Assembly (NCBI GenBank): GCA_946611235.1
Contig: CAMODE010000040.1
Location: 10,149 to 74,148, forward strand
From: an uncultured Bacillales bacterium
GTDB lineage: Bacteria; Bacillota_I; Bacilli_A; RF39; UBA660
DNA: 64,000 nt
Direction: 5' to 3'
The position numbers were made by a program, and so were the translations under genes. The notes beneath the pieces were generated by a model. That model ran no database searches. It was not told the origin of the DNA and saw only the letters and a list, made by a program, of their open reading frames with translations. This document shows positions 28,767 to 39,723 of the stretch, one piece after another (the first letter of the stretch is position 1; each line of letters opens with the position of its first letter).

Positions 28767-29988
28767 ATCAAAAGAAAAAATATTAATATTTTTTTGCTTG
28801 CTTATTTGCTTTTCAATTGCTGCAGTAATATTATTGCACACTATTTGTTATGATAAAAAAGAAAAGAAAGAAGTTAATTATAGTGAGAACATAATAACAA
28901 CAGAAGAAATAAAAATATATTCATTAGAAGATAACAACTATATAGAAAGCGGTAGCATTGGTAAAAATATTGAATTATCACTAGAAAATATCGATAATGA
29001 ATATTTTAAAATCAAAGATTTCGATAATTATTATATTAAATATAGTAATGTTCAAGAAATAACAAATAAAACTATATATGATAATCGGTATAAAGAATAT
29101 ATTCCATTTAATTATAATGTAGAAACAAAAGATAAAACAATATTTTACGATGAAAATAATAATATGATTTATTCATTTGATAAAGATTATTCATTACCAC
29201 TAATAATTAAAGATAATGATAGATATGGAGTAGAATTTAATAATAGACTACTATATATAAAAAAAGAAGATAGTACACTAGTCGAACATCATAATACTGA
29301 TTTAAATAATGCCTCAGGAGTAGGCGTATTAAATTATCATGCATTCTATGATGAAAATGATCCAAATGATAGTTGCCCTACAGCCATATGCCATTCAAAA
29401 ACCCAATTTACCAGTCAGTTAGATTTCTTAAAAGATAATAATATCTTGACATTAAAAATGAAAGAACTAGAAGACTACATCGATGGAAAAATAAATTTAC
29501 CAAGAAGTGTTTTAATTACTATCGATGATGGAGGAAGAGATAAAATAGCCGTAGACCTTTTAACAGAATATAAAATGTATGCTACTATATTTCTAATAAC
29601 ATCTTGGTATGATGCAGACTCATATTATAAAACAGATTATATCGAATTACATTCACATACACATAATATGCATAATACTGGAGAGTGTCCTGGTGGACAA
29701 GGAGGAGCTATAAAATGCTGGCCGAAAGAAAAAATACAAGAAGATTTAAAACAAAGTAGAGAAGAACTAAATAACACAACATATATAGCATATCCTTTTT
29801 ATGAATATAATGATTACTCAATAGAAAATCTAAAAGAAGCAGGTTTTACTATGTCCTTTATTGGAGAATCTACAAAGAGTGATAACCTAGTTCATGTAGA
29901 TAGTGATAAATTTAAACTTAGAAGATTTGTAATAGTAACATATACTACAATTGAAGATTTAAAAAACTATTTTAATCAAATAAAGTAA
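28744..29988 (+). CDS. Membrane-anchored protein with C-terminal polysaccharide deacetylase (NodB/CE4) domain
   Basis: ITIDDGG (TFDDG-like) and H-S-H-T-H metal-binding motifs. N-terminal TM. Confidence 0.7.
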   Translation: MKKKSKNESKEKILIFFCLLICFSIAAVILLHTICYDKKEKKEVNYSENIITTEEIKIYSLEDNNYIESGSIGKNIELSLENIDNEYFKIKDFDNYYIKYSNVQEITNKTIYDNRYKEYIPFNYNVETKDKTIFYDENNNMIYSFDKDYSLPLIIKDNDRYGVEFNNRLLYIKKEDSTLVEHHNTDLNNASGVGVLNYHAFYDENDPNDSCPTAICHSKTQFTSQLDFLKDNNILTLKMKELEDYIDGKINLPRSVLITIDDGGRDKIAVDLLTEYKMYATIFLITSWYDADSYYKTDYIELHSHTHNMHNTGECPGGQGGAIKCWPKEKIQEDLKQSREELNNTTYIAYPFYEYNDYSIENLKEAGFTMSFIGESTKSDNLVHVDSDKFKLRRFVIVTYTTIEDLKNYFNQIK

Positions 29989-30118
29989 TTAAAAATTATT
30001 AACTACTTTATTTTTTATATTTAAAATCCTTTTTTATCCGTAGTAAAAAGAACTTTTACACTAGACTAATAAGTATTAATATGATATAATTTCATTAGTA
30101 CGGATGTGAAATTTATAT

Positions 30119-31576
30119 ATGAGTAGAAAAAGAAGAAAAAGTAAGAAAACTAAGAGTAATAATAAAAAAATATTTAATATAATAACTATTATTTCCATTC
30201 TATTAGCTATAGTATTTGGTATAATGCTATATATACTTGGAATGGTTCCAGAAAAGTATTTATTGATTATATATATATCATTTATATTATTATATTTATT
30301 ATTATCATTTTTAGTATTTAAGAAAAATATAAAAAAAGGTATTAAAATATTTTGTATTATACTATTTGTTATTTTTGATATAGTATTTGGCATAGGTATC
30401 AAATACATAAGTAAAACAATAAGCTTTGTCGATATAATAAATAATGAACTATTTCAAAAAGAAGAATTCTATATAATGGTATTAAAAGAATCTAAATTAG
30501 ATAAAATAGAAGAACTATCTGATAAAACGATTGGTGTATATTCTTCATTAAATAGTGATAAAGCAATCGAAACACTAGACAAAAAGATAGAAACTACCAC
30601 TGAAAAATACACAGATGCAATATCTATGTTTGATGATTTAAACGATAATAAATTAGATGCAGTACTAATAAATGGCTCAATCAAGAATTTATTTAATGAT
30701 GAACTAAAGGATACCGCTGATAACTTAAGAGAGTTATATACTTTATCGGTACCTATTAAGAAAACAGATACAGAAGTATTAAAAGTAGTAGATGTTACAA
30801 GAAAACCCTTTAATATCTATGTAGCAGGAGGAGATGCTTACGGTAGTATCGATAATGTTACTAATACTGATGTTAATATGATTATAACAGTAGATCCAGT
30901 TAAGAAAAAAATATTACTAACTTCTATTCCAAGAGACTATTATGTAAATTTACCTAGTTTTGGAGAAGATGCTTATGATAAACTAACTCATGCTGGATAT
31001 TATGGCATTGAAGAATCAATAAAAGCAGTTGAAAAATTACTAGATGTAGATATCAACTATTACGTAAAAGTTAATTTCTCTACGATTGAAGGTATAGTAG
31101 ATGCTATTGATGGAGTGGATGTTTATTCTGATTTTAGTTTCAAAGAAAATGCTTTTAAAAAATATTATTTTAAAGAAGGATACAACCACTTAAATGGGCA
31201 TCAAGCTCTAGCTTTTGCAAGAGAAAGAAAATCATTTTCTGATGGCGATATTCAAAGAGTAAAAAATCAACAAAAAGTAATTGAAGCAGTAATAAAAAAA
31301 GTTACATCATCTACCAAATTAGTAACTAATTTTACCAGAATATTGGATAGTGTAAGTTCAAGCCTATCAACAAATATGGATAGTAAGAGTATTAATAAAT
31401 TTATAAAAATGCAGATTAACAATATGAGTAGTTGGAAAATAGAAAGCCAAAATTTAACAGGAACAGATTATAGTTCCACAAACACATATACATTCCCAGG
31501 CCTTAATTTGTATGTAATGAAAAGAGACGAAGAGTCAATAAATAAAGCAGAAGAAAATATAAAAAAAAATAATTAA
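30119..31576 (+). CDS. LytR-CpsA-Psr (LCP) family glycopolymer-to-peptidoglycan ligase
   Basis: N-terminal basic tail plus TM, LCP core (NIYVAGGDAYG...TSIPRDYYV). Confidence 0.8.
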   Translation: MSRKRRKSKKTKSNNKKIFNIITIISILLAIVFGIMLYILGMVPEKYLLIIYISFILLYLLLSFLVFKKNIKKGIKIFCIILFVIFDIVFGIGIKYISKTISFVDIINNELFQKEEFYIMVLKESKLDKIEELSDKTIGVYSSLNSDKAIETLDKKIETTTEKYTDAISMFDDLNDNKLDAVLINGSIKNLFNDELKDTADNLRELYTLSVPIKKTDTEVLKVVDVTRKPFNIYVAGGDAYGSIDNVTNTDVNMIITVDPVKKKILLTSIPRDYYVNLPSFGEDAYDKLTHAGYYGIEESIKAVEKLLDVDINYYVKVNFSTIEGIVDAIDGVDVYSDFSFKENAFKKYYFKEGYNHLNGHQALAFARERKSFSDGDIQRVKNQQKVIEAVIKKVTSSTKLVTNFTRILDSVSSSLSTNMDSKSINKFIKMQINNMSSWKIESQNLTGTDYSSTNTYTFPGLNLYVMKRDEESINKAEENIKKNN

Positions 31577-31597
31577 TAAAAGTTAGGAGTAGGCAGT

Positions 31598-32368
31598 ATG
31601 GAACCACTTGTTAGTATAGTAACACCGATTTATAACGGAAGTAATACAATAAAATATACAATAGAATCTGTACTTAATCAAACATATACAAATTTTGAAA
31701 TGATTATTGTCGATGATGTATCAGATGACGATACTGTTAAAATAATAAAAGAATATCAAGACAAAGATAGCAGGATAAAATTAATTGCACTTACAAGAAA
31801 AGGTGGTGCAAGTGTTGCTAGAAATAAAGCTATTAGAAAAGCTAAAGGAAAATATATAGCTTTTCTGGACGGCGATGATTTGTGGAAGAAGGATAAACTA
31901 GAAAAGCAAATAAAATTTATGGAAGATAATAATGTATATTTTTCTTACACTGATTATAGTTACATTGATGAAAATGGCAATGATATGGGAATATACAGAA
32001 AATGTCCAAAAAAAATGACTTATCTTAGAATGTTAATAGGAGATTCAGTAGGATGCTTAACTGTCATATACAATAGGGAAGCAGTTGGTAAAATTGAAAT
32101 ACCAGAACTAAAAAAGAGGAATGACTATGCCCTATGGTGTATCATTTTAAAAAAAGTAAAAAAGGGATATAAATATAATGAGATACTTTCCCTATATAGG
32201 AAAAATACTAATTCATTGTCATCAGGTAAGAAACACAAATTATTAAAATATCATTATCAATTACATAGAGAAATAAATGGCTTTAATCCAATTATATCTG
32301 TGCTTTTAACAATAGCAAATATAATCAATTATATATGTAATAGATACGTTAGGGATAGGAAAATATAA
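31598..32368 (+). CDS. Glycosyltransferase family 2
   Basis: VSIVTPIYNG...IVDDVSDD GT2 N-terminal signature. Confidence 0.8.
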   Translation: MEPLVSIVTPIYNGSNTIKYTIESVLNQTYTNFEMIIVDDVSDDDTVKIIKEYQDKDSRIKLIALTRKGGASVARNKAIRKAKGKYIAFLDGDDLWKKDKLEKQIKFMEDNNVYFSYTDYSYIDENGNDMGIYRKCPKKMTYLRMLIGDSVGCLTVIYNREAVGKIEIPELKKRNDYALWCIILKKVKKGYKYNEILSLYRKNTNSLSSGKKHKLLKYHYQLHREINGFNPIISVLLTIANIINYICNRYVRDRKI

Positions 32369-32384
32369 AAGAAAGGTGATATAT

Positions 32385-33491
32385 ATGTTAATATATTTAA
32401 TAGCAATAATTCTTTCTATACTGTTACTATTTCTTTCTAAAAAAACAAATAACACAAACTTAAAAAGAATATGCATTGCATTGTCATTTTTAAGTATTTT
32501 CGTTGTGTCAGCATTAAGATATAATGTGGGAAGTGATTACCTTACTTATGAAAAATGGTTTAATAAAATAAATTCTCTTTCTTTTAAATATGCAGACTTT
32601 GCATTTGTTAATCTGATTTTTTTTATAAAATTATTTACAAACAATTCACAATTTTTGTTTGTGGTAACATCGTTTATCATATTATTTTTCATATTTGTGT
32701 CCGCATTTAGATATAAAGACGATTATGATTTAATAATTTTTTTATTTTTATCATTAGGCTTTTATTTTTCCACATTTAATGGAATTAGACAGTGGATAGC
32801 AGCATCAATCTTTATGTACTCTTTTAAATACATCGAAGAGAAAAAATTTATAAAATATGCCATTTTAGTTTTTTGTTCTTCACTTTTTCATATGAGTGCA
32901 CTACTACTAATTCCATGTTATTTTATTTTTAGTCATAATTACAAAGATAAAACAAAAATAATTTTATTATCTATATTAATAGTATTCTCTAAAGTGGTAA
33001 ACCCCTATCAATTACTAGCAGTTATATTTAAGATTTTTCTTCCATTATATTATCAACGATACGTTGTAGGTAATTTCAGCATAAACCAAAATCATGGAAC
33101 CTTTATGCCGGTTTTGTTAAATGGTGGTATGTTAGTATATTATTATATATTTAAAAGTAGATTCCTAAAGATATATTCTGTGCAGAAATATGAGAAGAAA
33201 AAAAATATGGCATTTATATTAACAATTTTTGCCATTTTAAATACAATTAATTATATTTTTTCAAGAATATCAGCAATTTATTTTATTCCGATGATTATAT
33301 TTTTGATCCCAGATGTATATAAAATATTTGGAGTTAAAATACAAAAAGTAATAAAATTAATAATAATAGTGGTAGGACTATTATACATAACAATCAATAC
33401 AACTGTAAAAAATTCAAATGATGTGCTACCATACAAGACAATTTTTGATAATAATAATTTGATAATAAACAATGCTAAGGTCGTGAAATAA
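32385..33491 (+). CDS. EpsG-family polysaccharide polymerase (Wzy-type)
   Basis: Multi-TM protein with the EpsG-like ALRYNVGSDYLTY motif. Start re-picked at ATG 32385 (RBS AAAGGTG). Confidence 0.7.
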   Translation: MLIYLIAIILSILLLFLSKKTNNTNLKRICIALSFLSIFVVSALRYNVGSDYLTYEKWFNKINSLSFKYADFAFVNLIFFIKLFTNNSQFLFVVTSFIILFFIFVSAFRYKDDYDLIIFLFLSLGFYFSTFNGIRQWIAASIFMYSFKYIEEKKFIKYAILVFCSSLFHMSALLLIPCYFIFSHNYKDKTKIILLSILIVFSKVVNPYQLLAVIFKIFLPLYYQRYVVGNFSINQNHGTFMPVLLNGGMLVYYYIFKSRFLKIYSVQKYEKKKNMAFILTIFAILNTINYIFSRISAIYFIPMIIFLIPDVYKIFGVKIQKVIKLIIIVVGLLYITINTTVKNSNDVLPYKTIFDNNNLIINNAKVVK

Positions 33492-33492
33492 A

Positions 33493-35286
33493 ATGAAAAA
33501 AATTGAAGTACTTATATCTACAATGAATTTAAAAAATGAAGAAGAATATAGTAGATTAATAGAAAAAATGAATGTAAAGGATTCATTAACTATCAATCAA
33601 ATAACAAAAGAAAACATTAAATTATTTGATTCAGCAAATATCATATCTCTACGTGAAAAAGGCTTGAGTAAAAGTCGAAATAAAGCTATTTTAAATAGTA
33701 ATGCTGAAATATGCATACTTGCAGATGACGATCTAGAATATGTAAACAACTATGACAAACTGGTCTTAGATGCATATGAAAAATATCCTGATGCAGATAT
33801 TATCGCTTTTGATATTGAAAGTGATAATGAGGAACGAAAAATAAAATCTTTAAATGAAGGAAAAGTTAAAATCATAAATACAATGAGAATACATTCTGTT
33901 CAAATGACATTTAAAAGAAAATCAATAATAGAAAAAAAAATTCAATTTGACGAGGATTTTGGGGCAGGAAGTGGAAAATATAATTCAGGAGAAGAAAATA
34001 TTTTCCTAATTGATTGTATAAAGAAAGGATTAAAAATCTACTATTGCAAAAAAACTTTAGCAAAGCTTAACATTGGTGAAAGTAGTTGGTTTACAGGATT
34101 TAACGAAAAATTTTTAATTGATAAAGGAGCAATGTTTCAAAGAATGTCAAAGGCATTATCATTGCCACTTATTTATCAATTTGCAATTAGAAAATACAAA
34201 CTTTATAAAAATAATTATTCTTTTTTTAAAGGTATTTCGCTTTTAAAAAAAGGAAAATATGAATATTCAGGCTATATCCTTTCAAAAAACGAAAAAATAA
34301 AAATCTTTATGGTTGGAGATTTTTATAGTAATACAGGGCCAGCAATAGTAAATAAAAATTTTAGAAAGTCATTAAAGAGCAATGCCTTATATAGTTTGAG
34401 AAAAACCAAATTTGGCAGAATTATAGAATTTTCAGTAAAAGTTTTATTTTGCGATGCCGTTTGTTTTTGCAGTTTTTCTAAATTAAATATATTTGGTATA
34501 AAACTATCAAAGTTTCTAGGAAAATTAACATTTTATATTATGCATGGATATATAAAGGAAGAAAGTAAAATTAACAATGAAAAAAATAATGCAAAAGTAC
34601 AAATGGAACAATATATATTAAATAATGTCGACAGTGTATTCTGCGTATCAAAAAAACTATGTGATTATATGAAGAATTTTAAGTATAATACAAATTTTGA
34701 CTATATATACAATGGAATAGACTGGAACAATATTACATTAGATGAAAAAAAGAAAAAAATGCAAATTATGAGTACTGGAAGTGATATTCCAAGAAAGAAG
34801 AATATGGTAATATGCAGAGCAATAGAATTATTAAACAGTCAAAGAAATGAAAAAATTAAATATGTACTTCTAGGAAAAAATAATGGTCATATAGATGATT
34901 TCTTAAAATATGATTTTGTTGAGTATGATGAGGTTAATTATGATGAGTGCTTACAAAAAATGTCAGAAAGTATACTATATATACAAAATAGTGAATTTGA
35001 AACATTTGGATTGGCAGTAGTAGAAGCACTTGCTAATGGATGTAATTTATTAATTTCCAATAATGTTGGTGCATCTGGTATAATGACATTAAATGATGAT
35101 GACATAATATTTAATAACAATGACGAACAAGAAATAGCAAAAAAAATAGAAAATGTTTTAAAGCATAATAATAATAAAAGAATTTTAGAGAGTATAGATA
35201 AAGACAAAACAAGCATTGAAAGTCGAAGTAAAGAACTTGTTGAAAAAATAAGTGACTTAGTTATAAAATCACGTAAAGGAGTATAA
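33493..35286 (+). CDS. Two-domain glycosyltransferase (GT-A-like N-terminal domain + GT4 C-terminal domain)
   Basis: C-terminal EFETFGLAVVEA (E-x7-E GT4 motif). N-terminal GT-A-like region with DDD. Confidence 0.7.
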   Translation: MKKIEVLISTMNLKNEEEYSRLIEKMNVKDSLTINQITKENIKLFDSANIISLREKGLSKSRNKAILNSNAEICILADDDLEYVNNYDKLVLDAYEKYPDADIIAFDIESDNEERKIKSLNEGKVKIINTMRIHSVQMTFKRKSIIEKKIQFDEDFGAGSGKYNSGEENIFLIDCIKKGLKIYYCKKTLAKLNIGESSWFTGFNEKFLIDKGAMFQRMSKALSLPLIYQFAIRKYKLYKNNYSFFKGISLLKKGKYEYSGYILSKNEKIKIFMVGDFYSNTGPAIVNKNFRKSLKSNALYSLRKTKFGRIIEFSVKVLFCDAVCFCSFSKLNIFGIKLSKFLGKLTFYIMHGYIKEESKINNEKNNAKVQMEQYILNNVDSVFCVSKKLCDYMKNFKYNTNFDYIYNGIDWNNITLDEKKKKMQIMSTGSDIPRKKNMVICRAIELLNSQRNEKIKYVLLGKNNGHIDDFLKYDFVEYDEVNYDECLQKMSESILYIQNSEFETFGLAVVEALANGCNLLISNNVGASGIMTLNDDDIIFNNNDEQEIAKKIENVLKHNNNKRILESIDKDKTSIESRSKELVEKISDLVIKSRKGV

Positions 35287-35290
35287 AATA

Positions 35291-36205
35291 GTGGAAGAAT
35301 TAATAAGTGTAGTAATAACAACATATAGAAGAAGCGATATGTTAGAAAAAGCAATAAATAGCGTATACAAACAAACATATAAAAATTTAGAAGTCATTGT
35401 TGTAGATGATAATTGTAAATATCCAGAAGAAAGAAAAAAAACCGAGGAAATAATTAAAAAATATAATGACATCATCTATATAAAGAATAAAAGTAACTTA
35501 GGGGGAGCATTATCGAGAAATGAGGGAATTAAAAAAGCAAAAGGAGAATTAATATCATTTCTAGATGATGATGATGAGTATTTACCTGAAAGAATAGAAA
35601 AAATGTACAGAGTCTACAAAAAAAGAAAAGAAGATAATATTGGATTGGTATATTGCAAATGTTTCGATGTTGTAGATGGTAAAATAACTAAATCATTTGG
35701 AAAAGATGCAACTAATAATCCACTATATCACAATATGATAAACTGCATAGCAGCTACTTCTCAATTACTAGTACCAAAAAAAGTTTTAGAAGATGTTGAT
35801 ATGTTTAGTGATGCAGTTTGCAAGCAAGATTCAATACTAATACATAAAATATTAGTAAAAAAATATAGAATTTTATTTGTAGATGAAGAACTAGTCCTAT
35901 ATAATGAACATAGTGGTACAAGAATAAGCGGAACGAGTAAAAAAAATATTGATGGATTAGATAACTATCGTAATATTTGCAGAAAAGACTATAACTTATT
36001 GTCATCAAAAAAAGAAATAAAAGATGTTGAATATAGTTTTAGTAGACAACTAGTTACATATTATTGTTTAAATAAAGAAAAAAAGAATGCTATTAAAGAA
36101 TTAAAGAATATGCTAAAGATAAAACCTTTTTCCAAAAAAACAATTCTTTCAATTATTAAAATAATATTTACAAAAAGATATTTTAAATACATAGAAAAAT
36201 TATAA
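35291..36205 (+). CDS. Glycosyltransferase family 2
   Basis: GTG start with RBS AAGGAG. SVVITTYRR...VVDDN motif. Confidence 0.8.
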   Translation: MEELISVVITTYRRSDMLEKAINSVYKQTYKNLEVIVVDDNCKYPEERKKTEEIIKKYNDIIYIKNKSNLGGALSRNEGIKKAKGELISFLDDDDEYLPERIEKMYRVYKKRKEDNIGLVYCKCFDVVDGKITKSFGKDATNNPLYHNMINCIAATSQLLVPKKVLEDVDMFSDAVCKQDSILIHKILVKKYRILFVDEELVLYNEHSGTRISGTSKKNIDGLDNYRNICRKDYNLLSSKKEIKDVEYSFSRQLVTYYCLNKEKKNAIKELKNMLKIKPFSKKTILSIIKIIFTKRYFKYIEKL

Positions 36206-36224
36206 GAAATCGAGATGTTGTATA

Positions 36225-37526
36225 ATGAAAAAAAATTTTATTTCACTAATAAAAAATAAAACAATAAAGAATAGCATATGGATAATTGGTGAAAGAGTTG
36301 TTCAAGCTGTAATTGGTTTAATATTAACAATGCTAACATCAAGGTATTTAGGACCATCAAACTACGGAATATTAAATTATGGAGCAACATTTGTAAGCCT
36401 ATTCTTAGTAATAATGAAACTAGGACTTGATACAACAGTCGTGAATGAATTAATAAAAAATAGAGATAAAGAGGGAGTAATACTAGGCACATCAATTGTA
36501 TTGAGATTAATATCTGGCTTTGTTTCAATTCTTATAATGATGATTTTAGTATTCATCTTGCAATCCAAATCAAAATTAATATTGATAGCAACATTTTTAC
36601 AATCAATTGCAATTATATTCCAAACCATTAATATATTAGATTGCTGGTTTCAGTCACATTTAAAGTCAAAATATGTATCAATTGCAAAAGTAGTCGCATA
36701 TTTAGTAGTGGCCCTTTACAAAATTTATTTACTTATAACAGGAAAATCAGTAATCTGGTTTGCTCTATCCAATGTTTTTGACTACTTAATTATATCAATA
36801 CTATTAATAGCGTTTTATAAAAAAGAAGCATCTCAAAAATTAAAAATAGATTTTAATTTAGGTAAAATATTATTAAAGAGCAGTTATCATTTTATAATAT
36901 CTGGTTTAATGGTAACCATTTATACACAAATAGATAAAATAATGATAGGTTCAATGATCAACGAAACAGAATTAGGCTTTTACTCAGCAGCCCTAACAAT
37001 TTGCGCTATGTGGGTGTTTGTTCCTGAAGCCATTTTAACTTCTGCAAGACCAACAGTATTTAATGCAAAAAAAAATGGTACTAATTATTTGAAGAGACTA
37101 AAGCAAACATATGCAATAATATTTTGGTTATGTGTTATATTCGCTCTATTTATAACAATATTTGCTAAGTATATAATTCTTATAATATATGGGAAACAAT
37201 ATTTAAATGCTATATCAGTTTTAAGGATATTAATATGGTATGTACCATTCTCACAACTAGGCTCTGCTAGAGGAATATGGATAGTGGCAGAAGGAAAAAA
37301 TAAGTATTCAAAAAAATATATATTATGGGGAGTAATCGTAAATATAATTTTAAATTATTTACTAATTCCACATTTAGGAATACTAGGAGCAACAATAGCC
37401 ACAATCATAACAGAATTGGTAACATGTTTCTTAACACCATTATTTTACAAAGAAACAAGAATACATACAAAATATTTATTACAAAGTATAATATTTAATT
37501 TTAATGATGTGGAGGTAAAAAAATGA
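36225..37526 (+). CDS. Wzx-type (MOP superfamily) oligosaccharide flippase
   Basis: ~12 TM segments, 'polysaccharide biosynthesis protein' family architecture. Confidence 0.75.
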   Translation: MKKNFISLIKNKTIKNSIWIIGERVVQAVIGLILTMLTSRYLGPSNYGILNYGATFVSLFLVIMKLGLDTTVVNELIKNRDKEGVILGTSIVLRLISGFVSILIMMILVFILQSKSKLILIATFLQSIAIIFQTINILDCWFQSHLKSKYVSIAKVVAYLVVALYKIYLLITGKSVIWFALSNVFDYLIISILLIAFYKKEASQKLKIDFNLGKILLKSSYHFIISGLMVTIYTQIDKIMIGSMINETELGFYSAALTICAMWVFVPEAILTSARPTVFNAKKNGTNYLKRLKQTYAIIFWLCVIFALFITIFAKYIILIIYGKQYLNAISVLRILIWYVPFSQLGSARGIWIVAEGKNKYSKKYILWGVIVNIILNYLLIPHLGILGATIATIITELVTCFLTPLFYKETRIHTKYLLQSIIFNFNDVEVKK

Positions 37527-38416
37527 CGAAAATAATTAAAAAAATATTAAAACAGTTTATTAGATTATTACCAGACAAATTATATTTAAAATGGTATTAT
37601 AAAAAGCACATGAAGAAAAGATTAAATTTAAAAAATCCAAAATCATTTAATGAAAAATTACAATGGCTAAAACTATATGATAGAAATCCTTTATATACAA
37701 CATTAGCAGATAAATATGAAGTAAGAGAATATATAAAAAAAACAATAGGCGAAGAATATTCAATTCCATTATTGGGAGTATATAATACTTTTGATGAAAT
37801 TGATTTTGATAAATTACCAAATCAATTTGTAATAAAATGTAATCATGATTCAGCTAGCGTAATAATATGCAGAGATAAGAAAAAATTCAACTATGCAAAG
37901 TCAAAAAAACAGATAGAAAAATCTCTAAAAACAAATTATTACAAATGGAGTAGAGAATGGGCATATAAAAATATCAAGCCAAGAATAATTATTGAAAAAT
38001 ATATGGAAGATAATAACTCGAAAGAATTAAAAGATTATAAGTTTTTCTGCTTCAATGGAGAGCCTAAAATAATGTATTTATCTGAAGGATTAGAAGACCA
38101 TAGTACGGCAAGAATAAGCTTTTTTGACATGGAATTTAAAGAATTGCCATTTAAACGAAAAGATTATGAATTATTTGAAGAGCATCCAGGTAAGCCAAAA
38201 AATTTTGATAAAATGATAGAGTTATCAAAAAAGCTATCTAATAATATCCCTCAAGTTAGAGTAGATTGGTATGAAATAAATGGTAAACTATATTTTGGAG
38301 AACTAACTTTTTATACATGTGCAGGATATATTCCTTTTGATCCTGAAGAGTGGGATTATAAAATTGGTGAAATGTTAAAATTACCAGAAAAATGGAAATA
38401 TAGGAGAAAAAAATGA
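37523..38416 (+). CDS. ATP-grasp amidoligase, TupA-like (teichuronopeptide-type)
   Basis: ATP-grasp-fold-like sequence with resemblance to the TupA family. Translationally coupled (ATGA overlap) to the flippase. Confidence 0.5.
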   Translation: MTKIIKKILKQFIRLLPDKLYLKWYYKKHMKKRLNLKNPKSFNEKLQWLKLYDRNPLYTTLADKYEVREYIKKTIGEEYSIPLLGVYNTFDEIDFDKLPNQFVIKCNHDSASVIICRDKKKFNYAKSKKQIEKSLKTNYYKWSREWAYKNIKPRIIIEKYMEDNNSKELKDYKFFCFNGEPKIMYLSEGLEDHSTARISFFDMEFKELPFKRKDYELFEEHPGKPKNFDKMIELSKKLSNNIPQVRVDWYEINGKLYFGELTFYTCAGYIPFDPEEWDYKIGEMLKLPEKWKYRRKK

Positions 38417-39465
38417 AAAAAAGAATGAATAAAAAGAAGATAGTTATTATAGTTTGTTCCATTTTATTTGTATTGATATCTACTGGATTAATATATACCT
38501 TTGTAATTAAAAATAATAATAAAAATGATACAAAAGAGGAATTAAAAGTATCTGAAGTAAAGGAACAAAAAAAAGTTACTATTATTGATGTGGATAGTAA
38601 AACAAGACCATATGCCGTGATGATAAATTCTGTTAATGAAGCTTTACCACAGTCTGGTTTAGATAAAGCATATATTGTTTATGAAATTATGGTAGAATAC
38701 GGAATAACGAGAATGCTTGCTTTGTTCAAAGATGTTGATTTTGAAAAAGTTGGTTCAATTAGAAGTGTCAGAAGTCAATACTTACCATATGTATTTGAAA
38801 ATGATGCTATACTTGTCCATGCTGGTGGTCAAAAGGAAGCACTAGAAAGAATAGTTAATGAGAAAATAACAGATATTGATGTTGATGGCGCTTATGGTGT
38901 TAGAGATACAGAACTTAGAAAAACAAGAGCTTATGAACACACTTTATTTACTAATTCAAATTTACTTTCAAAAGCCATGCAAGATATGAATATTAAAAGT
39001 ACTACAGAAACTAAAAATTTACTAACTTATAGTGCTGATGAATTAGATTTATCAAATTATGAAACAAAAGAAGCAAATAGTATTAGTATTAAATACTCTG
39101 ATTATCGTACTTCCAATTATACTTATGATAGTGATAGTAAGACTTATTTGCGTTCAATGAATAATACTAAGAATGTAGATTTAGTTACTGGGCAGCAGTA
39201 TAAAGTAAAAAATATTATAGTATATAGCGCAGTGTATACAACGTATACTTTAAGGGGAACAGGATATCAAAAAATTGAGGATATTGCTTCTGGGGAAGGA
39301 TATTATATTACTGATGGTGTAGCCCTTCCAATTACATGGAGTAAATCAAGTGAAAAGAGTCAGACTGTATACAAGATAAAAGAAGACGGAAAAGAATTAG
39401 TTGTTAATGATGGCAACACCTATATTCAAATATATCCAACTACTGGTAATTTAAGTATAAGTTAG
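38413..39465 (+). CDS. DUF3048 (YerB-like) membrane-anchored/lipoprotein-like protein
   Basis: RPYAVMINSVNEALPQSGLDKAYIVYEIMVEYGITRMLALF block characteristic of YerB/DUF3048. N-terminal TM. Confidence 0.7.
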   Translation: MKKRMNKKKIVIIVCSILFVLISTGLIYTFVIKNNNKNDTKEELKVSEVKEQKKVTIIDVDSKTRPYAVMINSVNEALPQSGLDKAYIVYEIMVEYGITRMLALFKDVDFEKVGSIRSVRSQYLPYVFENDAILVHAGGQKEALERIVNEKITDIDVDGAYGVRDTELRKTRAYEHTLFTNSNLLSKAMQDMNIKSTTETKNLLTYSADELDLSNYETKEANSISIKYSDYRTSNYTYDSDSKTYLRSMNNTKNVDLVTGQQYKVKNIIVYSAVYTTYTLRGTGYQKIEDIASGEGYYITDGVALPITWSKSSEKSQTVYKIKEDGKELVVNDGNTYIQIYPTTGNLSIS

Positions 39466-39652
39466 CAGGATAAACGCATGAGTTTTTACTTATAAATAAA
39501 GGAGTCATAAAATACAAATAAAAAACATTGATAATTTTTAGATTAAAATATATTAACCATTTTAAACATAAAATTATAAATATCATTTTATGCCTTATAT
39601 TTAAAAGAAAATTTAACAATTTAATCTCAGGCGTTTATCCTGTATAAGTTAG
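39456..39652 (+). mobile_element. MITE-like 177-bp element: 17-bp terminal inverted repeats (CAGGATAAACGCATGAG / CTCAGGCGTTTATCCTG) flanked by a perfect 10-bp direct repeat TATAAGTTAG
   Basis: IR-L 39466-39482, IR-R 39626-39642 (16/17 complementary). Direct repeats at 39456-39465 (includes the TAG stop of the upstream gene) and 39643-39652. AT-rich non-coding interior. Confidence 0.55.
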
Positions 39653-39680
39653 AGATAAGCATTGATTTATCTCTTTTTTC
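39651..39680 (+). terminator. Rho-independent terminator, followed immediately by an extended -10 (TGtTATAAT 39682-39690) for ugd
   Basis: AGAGATAA / TTATCTCT stem plus TTTTTT. Confidence 0.6.
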
Positions 39681-39723
39681 TTGTTATAATTAATATGCAA
39701 GTTACAAGATGGAGGTAATAGAA

